Origin: an uncultured Bacillales bacterium
GTDB lineage: Bacteria > Bacillota_I > Bacilli_A > RF39 > UBA660
NCBI GenBank assembly: GCA_946536225.1
Contig: CAMNEE010000002.1
Span: forward strand, 309,584-373,583
DNA: 64,000 bases
Direction of reading: 5' to 3'
In this document: piece by piece, positions 8,779 through 16,860 of the stretch
Layout of the letters: each line of letters starts with the position of its first letter
How positions within the stretch are numbered: the first letter of the stretch is position 1
Translations under genes and position numbers: made by a program
The notes under the pieces: model-generated
What the model was told of the DNA's origin: nothing
Seen by the model: only the letters and a program-made list of their open reading frames with translations
Database searches by the model: none

Positions 8779-9108
8779 ATGAAAATGCATTTAGATGACG
8801 CATACTTTAACAAAGTAAAAAATGGTACTAAAACAATAGAAGTAAGACTTAATGATGAAAAAAGAAGAGAGCTTAAAGTAGGAGATATAATAGAATTTCA
8901 AAATAGAAAAACAAAAGAAGTAATTAACTGTAGAGTTAAAAATCTTTATATTTATAATAATTTTGAAGAATTATATAAAAAACATGATAAAATATCTTTA
9001 GGATATGAAGAAAGTGATATTGCTAGTCCTTCAGATATGAGAGAATTCTACTCATTTGAAGACACAATAAAAAACGGGGTTGTAGCAATAGAAATAGAAG
9101 TGATTTAA
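8779..9108 (+). CDS. ASCH-domain (PUA-like) protein
   Basis: The N-terminus YFNKVKNGTKTIEVRLNDEKRRELKVGDIIEF matches the ASCH signature. Length is 109 aa. Confidence 0.6.
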   Translation: MKMHLDDAYFNKVKNGTKTIEVRLNDEKRRELKVGDIIEFQNRKTKEVINCRVKNLYIYNNFEELYKKHDKISLGYEESDIASPSDMREFYSFEDTIKNGVVAIEIEVI

Positions 9109-9558
9109 GTGATTCAAAAAGTAACTCTAAAATATGTAGTTATAGCAAGTTTTATATTAGGTGTAATGTTTACTTTATCCTTTGGTATATATGGATATAG
9201 TTATTATGATATCTATTTACATCGTGATACAACAGGTGGCATAGTTGAAAAAGTAAACTTAAAAGATGGTACATCAGTTGTAAGATATACAGTAGAAGAC
9301 ATTACAGTTAAAAAGACTATGCATTTTATAGATACAAATGTTAAAGAAGGAGACTCAATAACTATCTATTATGATAAACGTGATCCTGGAGCATCTTTTA
9401 TCTATGAACAAGCTATGATGATTTTTATTCTTTTCTTAATAGGAATATTCTCATTATGTGTATTTGTAGTAACATTTATTATCTATAAAAAAAGACCAAA
9501 AAAGAAAAGTGTAAAAACTAAAAAAAAGAAAAGTGTAAAAGTTTTGTCAAAAAAATAA
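9109..9558 (+). CDS. Two-TM membrane protein, DUF3592-like
   Basis: A beta-rich module is bracketed by two TM helices, with a Lys-rich tail. It has a GTG start abutting the previous stop. The assignment rests on pattern only. Confidence 0.45.
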   Translation: MIQKVTLKYVVIASFILGVMFTLSFGIYGYSYYDIYLHRDTTGGIVEKVNLKDGTSVVRYTVEDITVKKTMHFIDTNVKEGDSITIYYDKRDPGASFIYEQAMMIFILFLIGIFSLCVFVVTFIIYKKRPKKKSVKTKKKKSVKVLSKK

Positions 9559-9618
9559 TCAAAAGATTATCAATTATAATTTATTAGTGTATATTGTAAT
9601 TGTAGGGAGTGATTAATA

Positions 9619-9828
9619 ATGAATTATCCATCTATTGATAAAATTTTAAACATAATTGGATCTAAATATATTCTTATTCATGTTGCTTCACAAAGAAGTA
9701 AACAAATAATTGAAAATGGTTATCTTCAAAAGAAAGAATCTGAATATGTTTCCAAGAAAGAAATAGGTAGAGCTTTAGAAGAAATTGAAGCTGGATTAGT
9801 AAAAGTTATTAAAAAAGAGGATAATTAG
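9619..9828 (+). CDS. rpoZ: DNA-directed RNA polymerase subunit omega
   Basis: MNYPSIDKILNIIGSKYILIHVASQRSKQI matches the RpoZ N-terminal signature (PSID.LL....SKY.L....A.RA.Q). Length is 69 aa. Confidence 0.8.
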   Translation: MNYPSIDKILNIIGSKYILIHVASQRSKQIIENGYLQKKESEYVSKKEIGRALEEIEAGLVKVIKKEDN

Positions 9829-9854
9829 TTATCCTCTTATTTTGTGGAGGTTTT

Positions 9855-10190
9855 ATGTTAGTATTATTAGAAACATTTATTATCTTTATATTAAGTTTAG
9901 TAATATTTATAACTAGTAAGAATATTTTATACTATGTTACATTTGGTTTATTAATTGCAATGTTAATTCCTTTTATTAGATTACTATTTAAAAGAGGAAC
10001 TAAAGCACTTAGTATAGGATATACATATACAAGTACAAATATAATATTAGTAGTATTAAATCTAATACTATATACATTATTTTTTATATTTAATATAAAT
10101 GTTATTTTATACGTAATTATTGGACTTAGTGGTTTAAAATTAGCAATTGATGTAGTAAAATTAATAACTGGAAGAGAAATTTTAATTTAA
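9855..10190 (+). CDS. Hypothetical small polytopic membrane protein
   Basis: The 111-aa protein has 3-4 hydrophobic helices and a ggagg RBS. Confidence 0.45.
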   Translation: MLVLLETFIIFILSLVIFITSKNILYYVTFGLLIAMLIPFIRLLFKRGTKALSIGYTYTSTNIILVVLNLILYTLFFIFNINVILYVIIGLSGLKLAIDVVKLITGREILI

Positions 10191-10193
10191 TGC

Positions 10194-10221
10194 TTGACAA
10201 GACCATATTTCATGGTATAAT
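10194..10221 (+). promoter_or_regulatory. SigA-type promoter of the infC-rpmI-rplT operon
   Basis: Consensus -35 TTGACA (10194-10199), a 16-nt spacer and an extended -10 TGgTATAAT (10213-10221). Confidence 0.75.
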
Positions 10222-10408
10222 CAAATTGTTTTAAAAAGGAAAGCGATGTATCCACATCCACCCGAGTTGTGCGAATAGTACTGGGTAAGAAAGCCAAATA
10301 TAAGTTATTAAAAATATTAAATTCTATTGATAATTTTTTATAATGTAAAAAAGGTTTTTAAAGTGGATACAATTTGTATTCACTTTTTATTATTTAAAGT
10401 TAAGTTAA
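10222..10408 (+). promoter_or_regulatory. L20-leader-like 5' UTR (ribosomal-protein leader with terminator/antiterminator alternative)
   Basis: The ~190-nt untranslated leader sits in front of infC, ends in a terminator hairpin, and has an upstream segment complementary to the terminator 5' arm. Position and architecture match the Firmicute L20 leader. Confidence 0.6.
10362..10392 (+). terminator. Leader attenuator (intrinsic terminator) upstream of infC
   Basis: The hairpin agtggataca/att/tgtattcact (10 bp including one G-U) is followed by ttttatt. It lies about 30 nt before the infC RBS. Confidence 0.7.
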
Positions 10409-10423
10409 GTGGAGGTGTTTAAC

Positions 10424-10972
10424 ATAGCAAATTTCAATAATAAAAAACAAAACAAAGACGAATTACCAATTAATGACAGAATTAGAGTTCCTGAAGTAAT
10501 GTTAATAGGACCAAATGGAGAACAAATGGGCACTAAGAGTATTGAGTTCGCAAGAACAATTGCTCAAACAGCAGGACTTGATCTTGTTCTTATGAATCCT
10601 GGTAATGATCGTGCTGTAGCTAAAATCATGGATTACAACAAATTCAAATATGAAAAGAGCAAGAAACAAAAAGAAGCACTTAAGAAACAAAGAGCAGCTT
10701 CTAAAGACTTAAAAGAATATCAATTATCAGCAAAGATTGATATTCATGACTTTGATACTAGAGTTAAGAATTCTCGTGAATATTTACTTAAAGGTCATAA
10801 GATTAAAGTAACTATTCGTTTTAGAGGAAGAGAAATGGCTCATACAGAAATTGGTGAAGAAGTTATGTTACGTTTTGCTGATGCTTTAAAAGAAGTATCA
10901 ACTATTGAAAGCAAACCTAATCTAGAAGGTAGAACAATGACTATGTTCTTAGCACCTATAAGCAATAATTAA
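10424..10972 (+). CDS. infC: Translation initiation factor IF-3 (probable AUA start)
   Basis: INDRIRVPEVMLIGPNGEQMG...LDLVLMNP...AKIMDYNKFKYE and the C-domain are typical of IF-3. SD GGAGGTG (10411-10417) places ATA 10424 at ideal spacing. GTG 10409 and GTG 10415 lie before or inside the SD. Confidence 0.85.
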   Translation: MANFNNKKQNKDELPINDRIRVPEVMLIGPNGEQMGTKSIEFARTIAQTAGLDLVLMNPGNDRAVAKIMDYNKFKYEKSKKQKEALKKQRAASKDLKEYQLSAKIDIHDFDTRVKNSREYLLKGHKIKVTIRFRGREMAHTEIGEEVMLRFADALKEVSTIESKPNLEGRTMTMFLAPISNN

Positions 10973-10984
10973 GGAGGAAAAAAG

Positions 10985-11179
10985 ATGGCAAAAAATAAAA
11001 TGAAAACTCATAAAGCAACTGCTAAAGTTTTAAAGAAACACAAAAGTGGAAAATTAACTTACATGAAGAGTGGTAGTACTCATAAAACTGCAAAAGATTC
11101 TTCTAAACAAGTAAGACAAAGAAGAAACAAAGGACAATTAGCGAAAGGAATAGCAAAGAGACTTAAGAAAGTTATCTAA
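10985..11179 (+). CDS. rpmI: 50S ribosomal protein L35
   Basis: The 64-aa basic protein reads MAKNKMKTHKATAKVLKK.. and sits between infC and rplT. Confidence 0.9.
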   Translation: MAKNKMKTHKATAKVLKKHKSGKLTYMKSGSTHKTAKDSSKQVRQRRNKGQLAKGIAKRLKKVI

Positions 11180-11197
11180 TCTATTAAGGTGAATTAA

Positions 11198-11746
11198 ATG
11201 ACAAGAGTTAAAGGCGGAAACGTTGCAAAGAATAGACGTAGAAAAGTTTTAAAAAGAGCTAAAGGTTACTTTGGTTCAAAACACAGATTATTCAAAACTG
11301 CTCAAGAACAATTAATGCATTCAGGACATTATGCTTATAGAGACAGAAAGATGAATAAGAGAAACTTCAGAAAGTTATGGATTACAAGAATTAATGCTGC
11401 TTGTAGAATGAATGATATTTCTTACTCAAGATTTATCAATGGACTTTCTAAAGCTGGAGTTATTATCAATAGAAAGATGCTTTCAGAAGTAGCTATCGAT
11501 AATGCTAAATTATTTGCATCATATGTTGAAATTGCTAAAGATGCTTTAGCTGGTAAAACAGTTAAAACTGCTGAAGTTAAAAAAGCTAACAAAGAAGTAG
11601 CTGCTGCTACTCCAGAAGTTGAAGCTGAAGCTACTGATTTAAATTCATTAAAAGTTGCTGAATTAAGAGAAATGGCTACTGCTAATGGAATTAAAGATGC
11701 TGCATCAATGAAAAAAGCTGAATTAGTTGAAGCTTTAAGCAAGTAA
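11198..11746 (+). CDS. rplT: 50S ribosomal protein L20 with ~65-aa C-terminal extension
   Basis: The N-terminal ~118 aa are canonical L20 ([26 protein letters not shown]...[22 protein letters not shown]). An extra Ala/Glu-rich linker and an [30 protein letters not shown] helix-extended-helix motif follow. Confidence 0.9.
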   Translation: MTRVKGGNVAKNRRRKVLKRAKGYFGSKHRLFKTAQEQLMHSGHYAYRDRKMNKRNFRKLWITRINAACRMNDISYSRFINGLSKAGVIINRKMLSEVAIDNAKLFASYVEIAKDALAGKTVKTAEVKKANKEVAAATPEVEAEATDLNSLKVAELREMATANGIKDAASMKKAELVEALSK

Positions 11747-11766
11747 TTAAAATAAACAAATATCAA

Positions 11767-11794
11767 TAAAAACACCATATGGTGTTTTTTTTAT
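11767..11794 (+). terminator. Terminator of the infC-rpmI-rplT operon
   Basis: aaaaacacc/atat/ggtgttttt is followed by a T-run. Confidence 0.75.
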
Positions 11795-11840
11795 TGCATA
11801 TTTTTGCTATAATACAGTCAAGAAAGTTGGAGGTGTTTAT

Positions 11841-12449
11841 ATGGCGCGTGAGAAAAATACAAAGAAGAGTAATAAACATGTAGATGCAATATTAATACTT
11901 TTAATTTCAGTAATTATTATTGCTGTTATTATATTAGGAGTTGTTCTTATCATCTCATTTAAACATCCTGAAGAAAATACTCCTGATAAGAACCCTGGAT
12001 TAGTAACTGATACTAAAGAGTCTTATCAAAAACATTTAGAAAGCTTACTTAATGATGACTCAGTAAAAGAGATTCCTCTTACTGATGCAGCAACCGAAAA
12101 TTCATATGTTGTATTAGGAACAGATAATCTAGTTTACTTAGTTAAAAATACAGACAACCAAGATGATATTCCAGGAGCATCAGGAACTGTTACAAAAGGG
12201 AATAAATACGAGGGTATTACAAATGTAGCTGATATTATGTCAGTTAAAACAGTTGATTCATTTGGTGTATATGCCTTAACTAGTGAAGGCACATTATATA
12301 TTCTTGATTTAGATAATAATACTGCTTCTTCATCTATTACTCACTCATATAATTGTAATGGCGAAGTAATAGAAGTATATAGTCAATTAAATGAATTATA
12401 TGTAAAGCTTTATGATCAAACATCAGCAAAATTCGGAGAGATTTGTTAA
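11841..12449 (+). CDS. Hypothetical N-terminally anchored extracytoplasmic protein
   Basis: The 202-aa ORF has a ggaggtg RBS, one TM helix after a Lys-rich N-terminus, and no recognisable domain. Confidence 0.5.
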   Translation: MAREKNTKKSNKHVDAILILLISVIIIAVIILGVVLIISFKHPEENTPDKNPGLVTDTKESYQKHLESLLNDDSVKEIPLTDAATENSYVVLGTDNLVYLVKNTDNQDDIPGASGTVTKGNKYEGITNVADIMSVKTVDSFGVYALTSEGTLYILDLDNNTASSSITHSYNCNGEVIEVYSQLNELYVKLYDQTSAKFGEIC

Positions 12450-12457
12450 TGATAGTA

Positions 12458-12487
12458 AAAGATGATTTATAATCATCTTTTTCTTTT
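12458..12487 (+). terminator. Intrinsic terminator
   Basis: A perfect 10-bp stem aaagatgatt/tat/aatcatcttt is followed by ttcttttg. Confidence 0.7.
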
Positions 12488-12539
12488 GTATTTAATATAA
12501 ATATTTAGTATAATTTTTTATAGGGTGGAGGATGATAAA

Positions 12540-13130
12540 ATGATTACAACTTTTGTTGGACCAATGTTCAGTGGTAAAAGTGATTCATTAATTAATATTT
12601 ATAATAAAATTTGGAATAAAAGCATAGTAATTGCTTTTAAACCTGCAAATGATTCAAGAGATGAAAATTTCATTAAATCAAAGAATTGGGAAACTAAAAT
12701 TCCTGCTACATTTATAAGTGATTTAAGTGAGATTCGTCCATATTTAGAAGATGGTAAATATAAGACTGTTTTTATTGACGAAGCACAGTTTTTAAAAGGA
12801 GATGTAAGTGTACTTACAGATCTTTCAGTAGACTATGATATTGATTTCTACATTGCAGGTCTTAATATGACAAGTGAACAAAAACCATTTGGAATTATGC
12901 CTCAAATACTAGCAGTTTCAAATGATATTCAAGTTATTACAGGTTTCTGTGAAGAATGTAATAAACCATCATATTATACTTACTATGAAGGTGAAAAAAG
13001 CAGTGATGTATTAGTAGGAGATAATAAATACAAGTCACTTTGTCCTGCTTGTATAGCCAAAAAGAATGCGAATACAAAGGCTAGAAGTAGACTTAAAAAA
13101 ATAAGTCCTAGAGGGAGAGGGAAAAAATGA
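12540..13130 (+). CDS. tdk: Thymidine kinase
   Basis: It has the P-loop FVGPMFSGKS, Walker B VFIDEAQF and the C-terminal zinc-ribbon cysteines (CEECNKP...CPAC). The start is taken at ATG 12540, 7 nt after ggtggagga. A basic C-terminal tail is present. Confidence 0.85.
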   Translation: MITTFVGPMFSGKSDSLINIYNKIWNKSIVIAFKPANDSRDENFIKSKNWETKIPATFISDLSEIRPYLEDGKYKTVFIDEAQFLKGDVSVLTDLSVDYDIDFYIAGLNMTSEQKPFGIMPQILAVSNDIQVITGFCEECNKPSYYTYYEGEKSSDVLVGDNKYKSLCPACIAKKNANTKARSRLKKISPRGRGKK

Positions 13131-13930
13131 AAGGTAAATTAATTGTAATTGAAGGAACGGATTGTTCAGGCAAAGAAACACAAAGTAAGCTTTTAATTGA
13201 AAAATTAAGTAAGAAAAAAATAAATATAGAATATTTTGGATATCCAAATTACGAATCTCCTTCAGGAAAAATAATTGGGCTTCCATTTCTTGGTAAAAGC
13301 TACCTTGCTCATGAATTATTAGATGATGTAAAAGAAGAAGTAAAAGAAAATTTAACAAATGTTGATGATTCTATTGTTGATAAAGTTTTAAATGAAGCAG
13401 GAGAAGCTCTAAGCAAAGGTTGGTTTAAGGAAGGCGCACCAAATGTAGATGGTAAAGTTGCATCTTTATACTATGCTGCTGATAGACTTTATAATAACAG
13501 TTATATTTTAGATAAAGTTAACAATGGAACTAGTTTAATTCTTGATAGATATGTTTATTCAAACATGGCTCATCAAGCAGGTAAATATGAAGAAGAAAGC
13601 AAACGTAATGAAATGTATAAATGGCTTGAAGAACTAGAGTTTAAAACTCTAGGTTTACCAACACCAGATGTAAAAATTTTCTTACATATGCCAGTTCCAT
13701 ATATAAATTTACTTAAGGCTAAAAGAGAAGAAAAACTTGATGAAAATGAAAAGGATATTTCTTATTTATATAAGGCTGAAAAATCATACTTAGAAGTAGC
13801 AAAAAAATATAAATTTATTGTTATTGAATGTATAAAAAATAGTGATTCTGAAGTCTCTTTAGAAAATATAAAATCTATCGAAGAAATAAACGAAGAAATA
13901 CTTGGAAAAGTTATGAATTTAATCAAATAA
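13127..13930 (+). CDS. tmk: Thymidylate (dTMP) kinase-like protein with internal insertion
   Basis: It has IVIEGTDCSGKETQ (P-loop) and LYYAADRL...LILDRYVYSNMAHQ (DRY/LID region). The ATGA overlap with tdk suggests coupling. A ~55-aa insert follows the P-loop region. Confidence 0.7.
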   Translation: MKGKLIVIEGTDCSGKETQSKLLIEKLSKKKINIEYFGYPNYESPSGKIIGLPFLGKSYLAHELLDDVKEEVKENLTNVDDSIVDKVLNEAGEALSKGWFKEGAPNVDGKVASLYYAADRLYNNSYILDKVNNGTSLILDRYVYSNMAHQAGKYEEESKRNEMYKWLEELEFKTLGLPTPDVKIFLHMPVPYINLLKAKREEKLDENEKDISYLYKAEKSYLEVAKKYKFIVIECIKNSDSEVSLENIKSIEEINEEILGKVMNLIK

Positions 13931-13958
13931 TCAGTTAAATTAATTGATTATTTTTTTT
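13928..13958 (+). terminator. Probable (AT-rich) terminator after tmk
   Basis: The hairpin taatcagttaa/a/ttaattgatta is followed by T8. The stem is AT-rich and therefore weak. Confidence 0.45.
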
Positions 13959-13972
13959 GTATAAATTATAAT
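13944..13972 (+). promoter_or_regulatory. Candidate promoter of the T4SS-like operon
   Basis: TTGATT (13944-13949), a 17-nt spacer and TATAAT (13967-13972), 35 nt upstream of ATG 14008. Confidence 0.4.
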
Positions 13973-14007
13973 TAAAAAGAGAGATTATGTAGGAAGAAGG
14001 AAAATAT

Positions 14008-16830
14008 ATGTTTTTGATAGATGTAACAGAATGGGTAGCCAATTGGTTTTGGGATACATTAGATGAAATTTTTATTACAATCTTCGATTTCTTTCTATAT
14101 AGTATTGTAGGTTTCTTATACAAAGTATTCGTAATGCTAGGATCAATGGATATTTTTGGTAATAGTAACGATGCAATGTCACTTTATACACAATTTACAA
14201 ATAGACTATATGGCATAATTGGAATAATTATGATATTTGTATTATCTTACCAGATAATCTTATTTATAATCGATCCAGATAAAGGTGCTAAGGCATCATC
14301 TGAACTAGTTAAAAATTTAGTTAGAGGAATTGTTCTAGTTGCATTATGTCCTTTAATATTCCATTATGCATCAGTTTTTCAAAAAGATATATTAACTGAT
14401 AACACAATTTGGTCAGTTGTACTTGGTACAAATGCAACAAGTAGTGATAATCCTATTCAAGCAGGAAATTCTATGGCGACGATGGTTTATATGACGATGT
14501 TCCATCCGACGGGTACAGAATATAATGACTTCTTTGATGCAAAAGGTGAATTACAACCATACAAAGATGCATGTTATGGATTTGCAAAGATGTTTGATGG
14601 TGATTTATCAAATGACTCGGATAATGATGATGGACAAGCAGTATCTAAATCAAGTTTAAGAAGAGCAACAGACTGGGGCTTAAAATGGGGACTAGCCGGT
14701 TCTGTATTTGGAGTTGGATGGCTTACTGGTGCCGCTGGATTCCTAGTAGGAGGAGTAGTTGATATTTTCCATGGACTTGCAAATTGGATAACTGGTAAAG
14801 AAGACCCTAAACTAACAGCATGCCAAGAATATTGGATAAATTTATATGCTGCTTCTGGTGGAACTGGTGGTCCAACTGGCGATGAAAATTATAATAAAAT
14901 GTCGGCGTATAGTCTTAGTTCTAAAGCTAAAGACCCATATAAAGATGATGGAACTACGATTGATGCAATTAAAAACGGATATTTAAATGGAGCAAGTATT
15001 ATAGCTGCAAATGTTACACTTGCGGATGAAGTAAGAGATGAAGGATCGATGGAATACTTCTATTTTGCACCTGTTATCGGTGGAATATTAGTATTTATGT
15101 TAATTGCATACTCACTTGATATGGCGTATCGTGCATTTAAACTTGCATTCCTTGAGATGATTGCACCAATTCCAATTTTACTTGGTGTAATACCTAAACA
15201 AGATGGCATATTTAAAAAATGGGTTGATATGACACTTAAGACTTATATAGATGTATTTGTAAGAGTATTTGTAATGGCATTCGTTGTCTATATGATTAAT
15301 CTCGTACCAACGTTTGTTGGAGCTCTATTCAAAGGTGCTTCAGGTGGTCTTGAAGGTGGAGCATTACTTAAAGCAATTGTAATAGCGTTCTTAGCAATTG
15401 GTTTATTAAGATTTGCTAAAGAATTACCTGATATGGTAAAAGACATTGTTAAGGGTGGTGGAGGATTCCTAAAAGATATAGATATAAATCCTATGAAATC
15501 ATTCAAAAAAGCAAAAGCTGGTATCGACAATGCAGCCAAACCAATTGGTGCAGCAGTTGGTGCAGCAGCAGGTGGAATTGCAGCATTAAAGAGTTCACAT
15601 GCTAGAAATCCAAAAGAAGGTGGATTCGGAAATGTAATAAGAGGATTAAAAGGAACTTCTGCATTTGCTAAAGGATTTGCTACTGGTGGTAAAGAAGGCT
15701 GGAAGAATGGTCTAAATAAAGGTAGTCTAACAAATGCTGTTAATAGAGCCAATGTAGAAAGCGGTAGAAAAGAATTACAAAGAGATGCTGTTGTAAGTGG
15801 TATTAAGGGTATTATGAAACCAGGTGGTGTACAAAATCTTGCAGGTATTCTTACAAATGGTAGATTTGGTGAATTTAAGAATGCATGGAATAATAATCTA
15901 CTTGATGATCAATTATTACAAGCCGGTACTATTTACAGAGATATGGCTAACGGTGGTAAACAATTCTTTAAGGGCGCTGATAGTCAAATCGAAACTGTTA
16001 AAAAGAGTACAGAAAAAGCATTGGAAGAAATTAAACCAAGAGTTTTAAGTGAAGCTGAAGTAACAAGCAGGAAAAAAGCATATAGCGATACTATTAAAGA
16101 TTTACAAGATAGATTAGCTCGTGGAGATGATAGTGTAAAATCTATAAATGTTGATGGATTTGAATATAAAGCAAAATCTACAGATGCTTTAATTCAAAAA
16201 CTTCAAAAAGAACAAGCTCTTGTTTCGGATAAAGAATATGTGGCTGAATATCGTGGTAAAGTAATTAGAAAACTAGATTATAGTCAACTTGAAACTGAAA
16301 TTAAAAATGAGGAAAGAAAAGCTATTCGCGAAAAACAAATTGAAGAAACTTCTAAGGTTATTGGTGAAGAAGGATACGACAATGTTAAGTTATATGCAGC
16401 TAAATCACAAGAACTTGATATGAGAAATAAAGACATTCTAAATCCTGTTCAACTTAAAGCACAAGGCGATGAACTTGAAAAAGCATTTAAGGGAGACAAT
16501 GGTCAAATGATGCTTGATTTCCTTAAAATAGATGCTGACCAAAAACGTGATCTTGGAGCTATTACTCAAGCCATCCAAAAAATTGATTTTGATCAAATTA
16601 AGAGTGATGGTGGTACAACAATTAATGGCAAAACAGTTTCAGAGGAAGAAATTAGAAATATGGTTGGAGAACTAGTAGTTTCTATATCTAACGCTGAAGG
16701 TAAAGTTGCTAGCAAAGTTAGAAATATCCAATCTTCACTTGAAGGTACTAAGATCGATATGGTTGGTCGTAGCATGGATAACTTAACTCCTGGACCTCCA
16801 AAAGATGGAGATAAAGGCGGTAAAAAATAA
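14008..16830 (+). CDS. VirB6/TcpH/ConG-like polytopic T4SS channel protein with long C-terminal soluble region
   Basis: The 940-aa protein has about 8-9 TM helices in the first ~470 aa. A Gly-rich segment and a Lys/Glu-rich coiled-coil-like tail follow. It is the first gene of the T4SS operon, in the position and with the architecture of Tn916 Orf15, ICEBs1 ConG and pCW3 TcpH. Confidence 0.65.
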   Translation: MFLIDVTEWVANWFWDTLDEIFITIFDFFLYSIVGFLYKVFVMLGSMDIFGNSNDAMSLYTQFTNRLYGIIGIIMIFVLSYQIILFIIDPDKGAKASSELVKNLVRGIVLVALCPLIFHYASVFQKDILTDNTIWSVVLGTNATSSDNPIQAGNSMATMVYMTMFHPTGTEYNDFFDAKGELQPYKDACYGFAKMFDGDLSNDSDNDDGQAVSKSSLRRATDWGLKWGLAGSVFGVGWLTGAAGFLVGGVVDIFHGLANWITGKEDPKLTACQEYWINLYAASGGTGGPTGDENYNKMSAYSLSSKAKDPYKDDGTTIDAIKNGYLNGASIIAANVTLADEVRDEGSMEYFYFAPVIGGILVFMLIAYSLDMAYRAFKLAFLEMIAPIPILLGVIPKQDGIFKKWVDMTLKTYIDVFVRVFVMAFVVYMINLVPTFVGALFKGASGGLEGGALLKAIVIAFLAIGLLRFAKELPDMVKDIVKGGGGFLKDIDINPMKSFKKAKAGIDNAAKPIGAAVGAAAGGIAALKSSHARNPKEGGFGNVIRGLKGTSAFAKGFATGGKEGWKNGLNKGSLTNAVNRANVESGRKELQRDAVVSGIKGIMKPGGVQNLAGILTNGRFGEFKNAWNNNLLDDQLLQAGTIYRDMANGGKQFFKGADSQIETVKKSTEKALEEIKPRVLSEAEVTSRKKAYSDTIKDLQDRLARGDDSVKSINVDGFEYKAKSTDALIQKLQKEQALVSDKEYVAEYRGKVIRKLDYSQLETEIKNEERKAIREKQIEETSKVIGEEGYDNVKLYAAKSQELDMRNKDILNPVQLKAQGDELEKAFKGDNGQMMLDFLKIDADQKRDLGAITQAIQKIDFDQIKSDGGTTINGKTVSEEEIRNMVGELVVSISNAEGKVASKVRNIQSSLEGTKIDMVGRSMDNLTPGPPKDGDKGGKK

Positions 16831-16860
16831 CAATAGATAGAATGAAAAGGAGGCAAAGAT

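Noticed and set aside
13931-14007. att-like direct repeats or a tRNA target at the borders of the T4SS block (13931-14007 compared with 27730-27772).
   Set aside because: By eye the two junctions share nothing beyond generic tataat-type promoter strings. There is no tRNA or tmRNA gene and no recombinase gene nearby. A computational repeat search over a larger region is still advisable.
15288-15752. Long antisense ORFs opposite real genes: 1044-1238, 3447-3728, 4314-4730, 8426-8803, 11422-11778, 15288-15752, 16593-17051, 27090-27410, 27730-28167, 28301-28657, 34854-35189, 49949-50395, 54134-54334 and 54717-55034.
   Set aside because: Each lies entirely inside a motif-supported gene on the other strand. 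Their translations are low-complexity mirror images (Ser/Leu/Ile/Phe-rich). They have no RBS and no recognisable domain. This is the usual artefact of AT-rich coding DNA, which has few stop codons on the antisense strand.
16795-16830. PPKDG near the C-terminus of the VirB6-like protein, considered as a possible (S/P)PXTG-type sortase B signal.
   Set aside because: The motif lacks the Thr. It is not followed by a hydrophobic helix and positive tail, since the protein ends ..GDKGGKK. The segment is predicted to belong to a soluble tail, so it is not a sorting signal.
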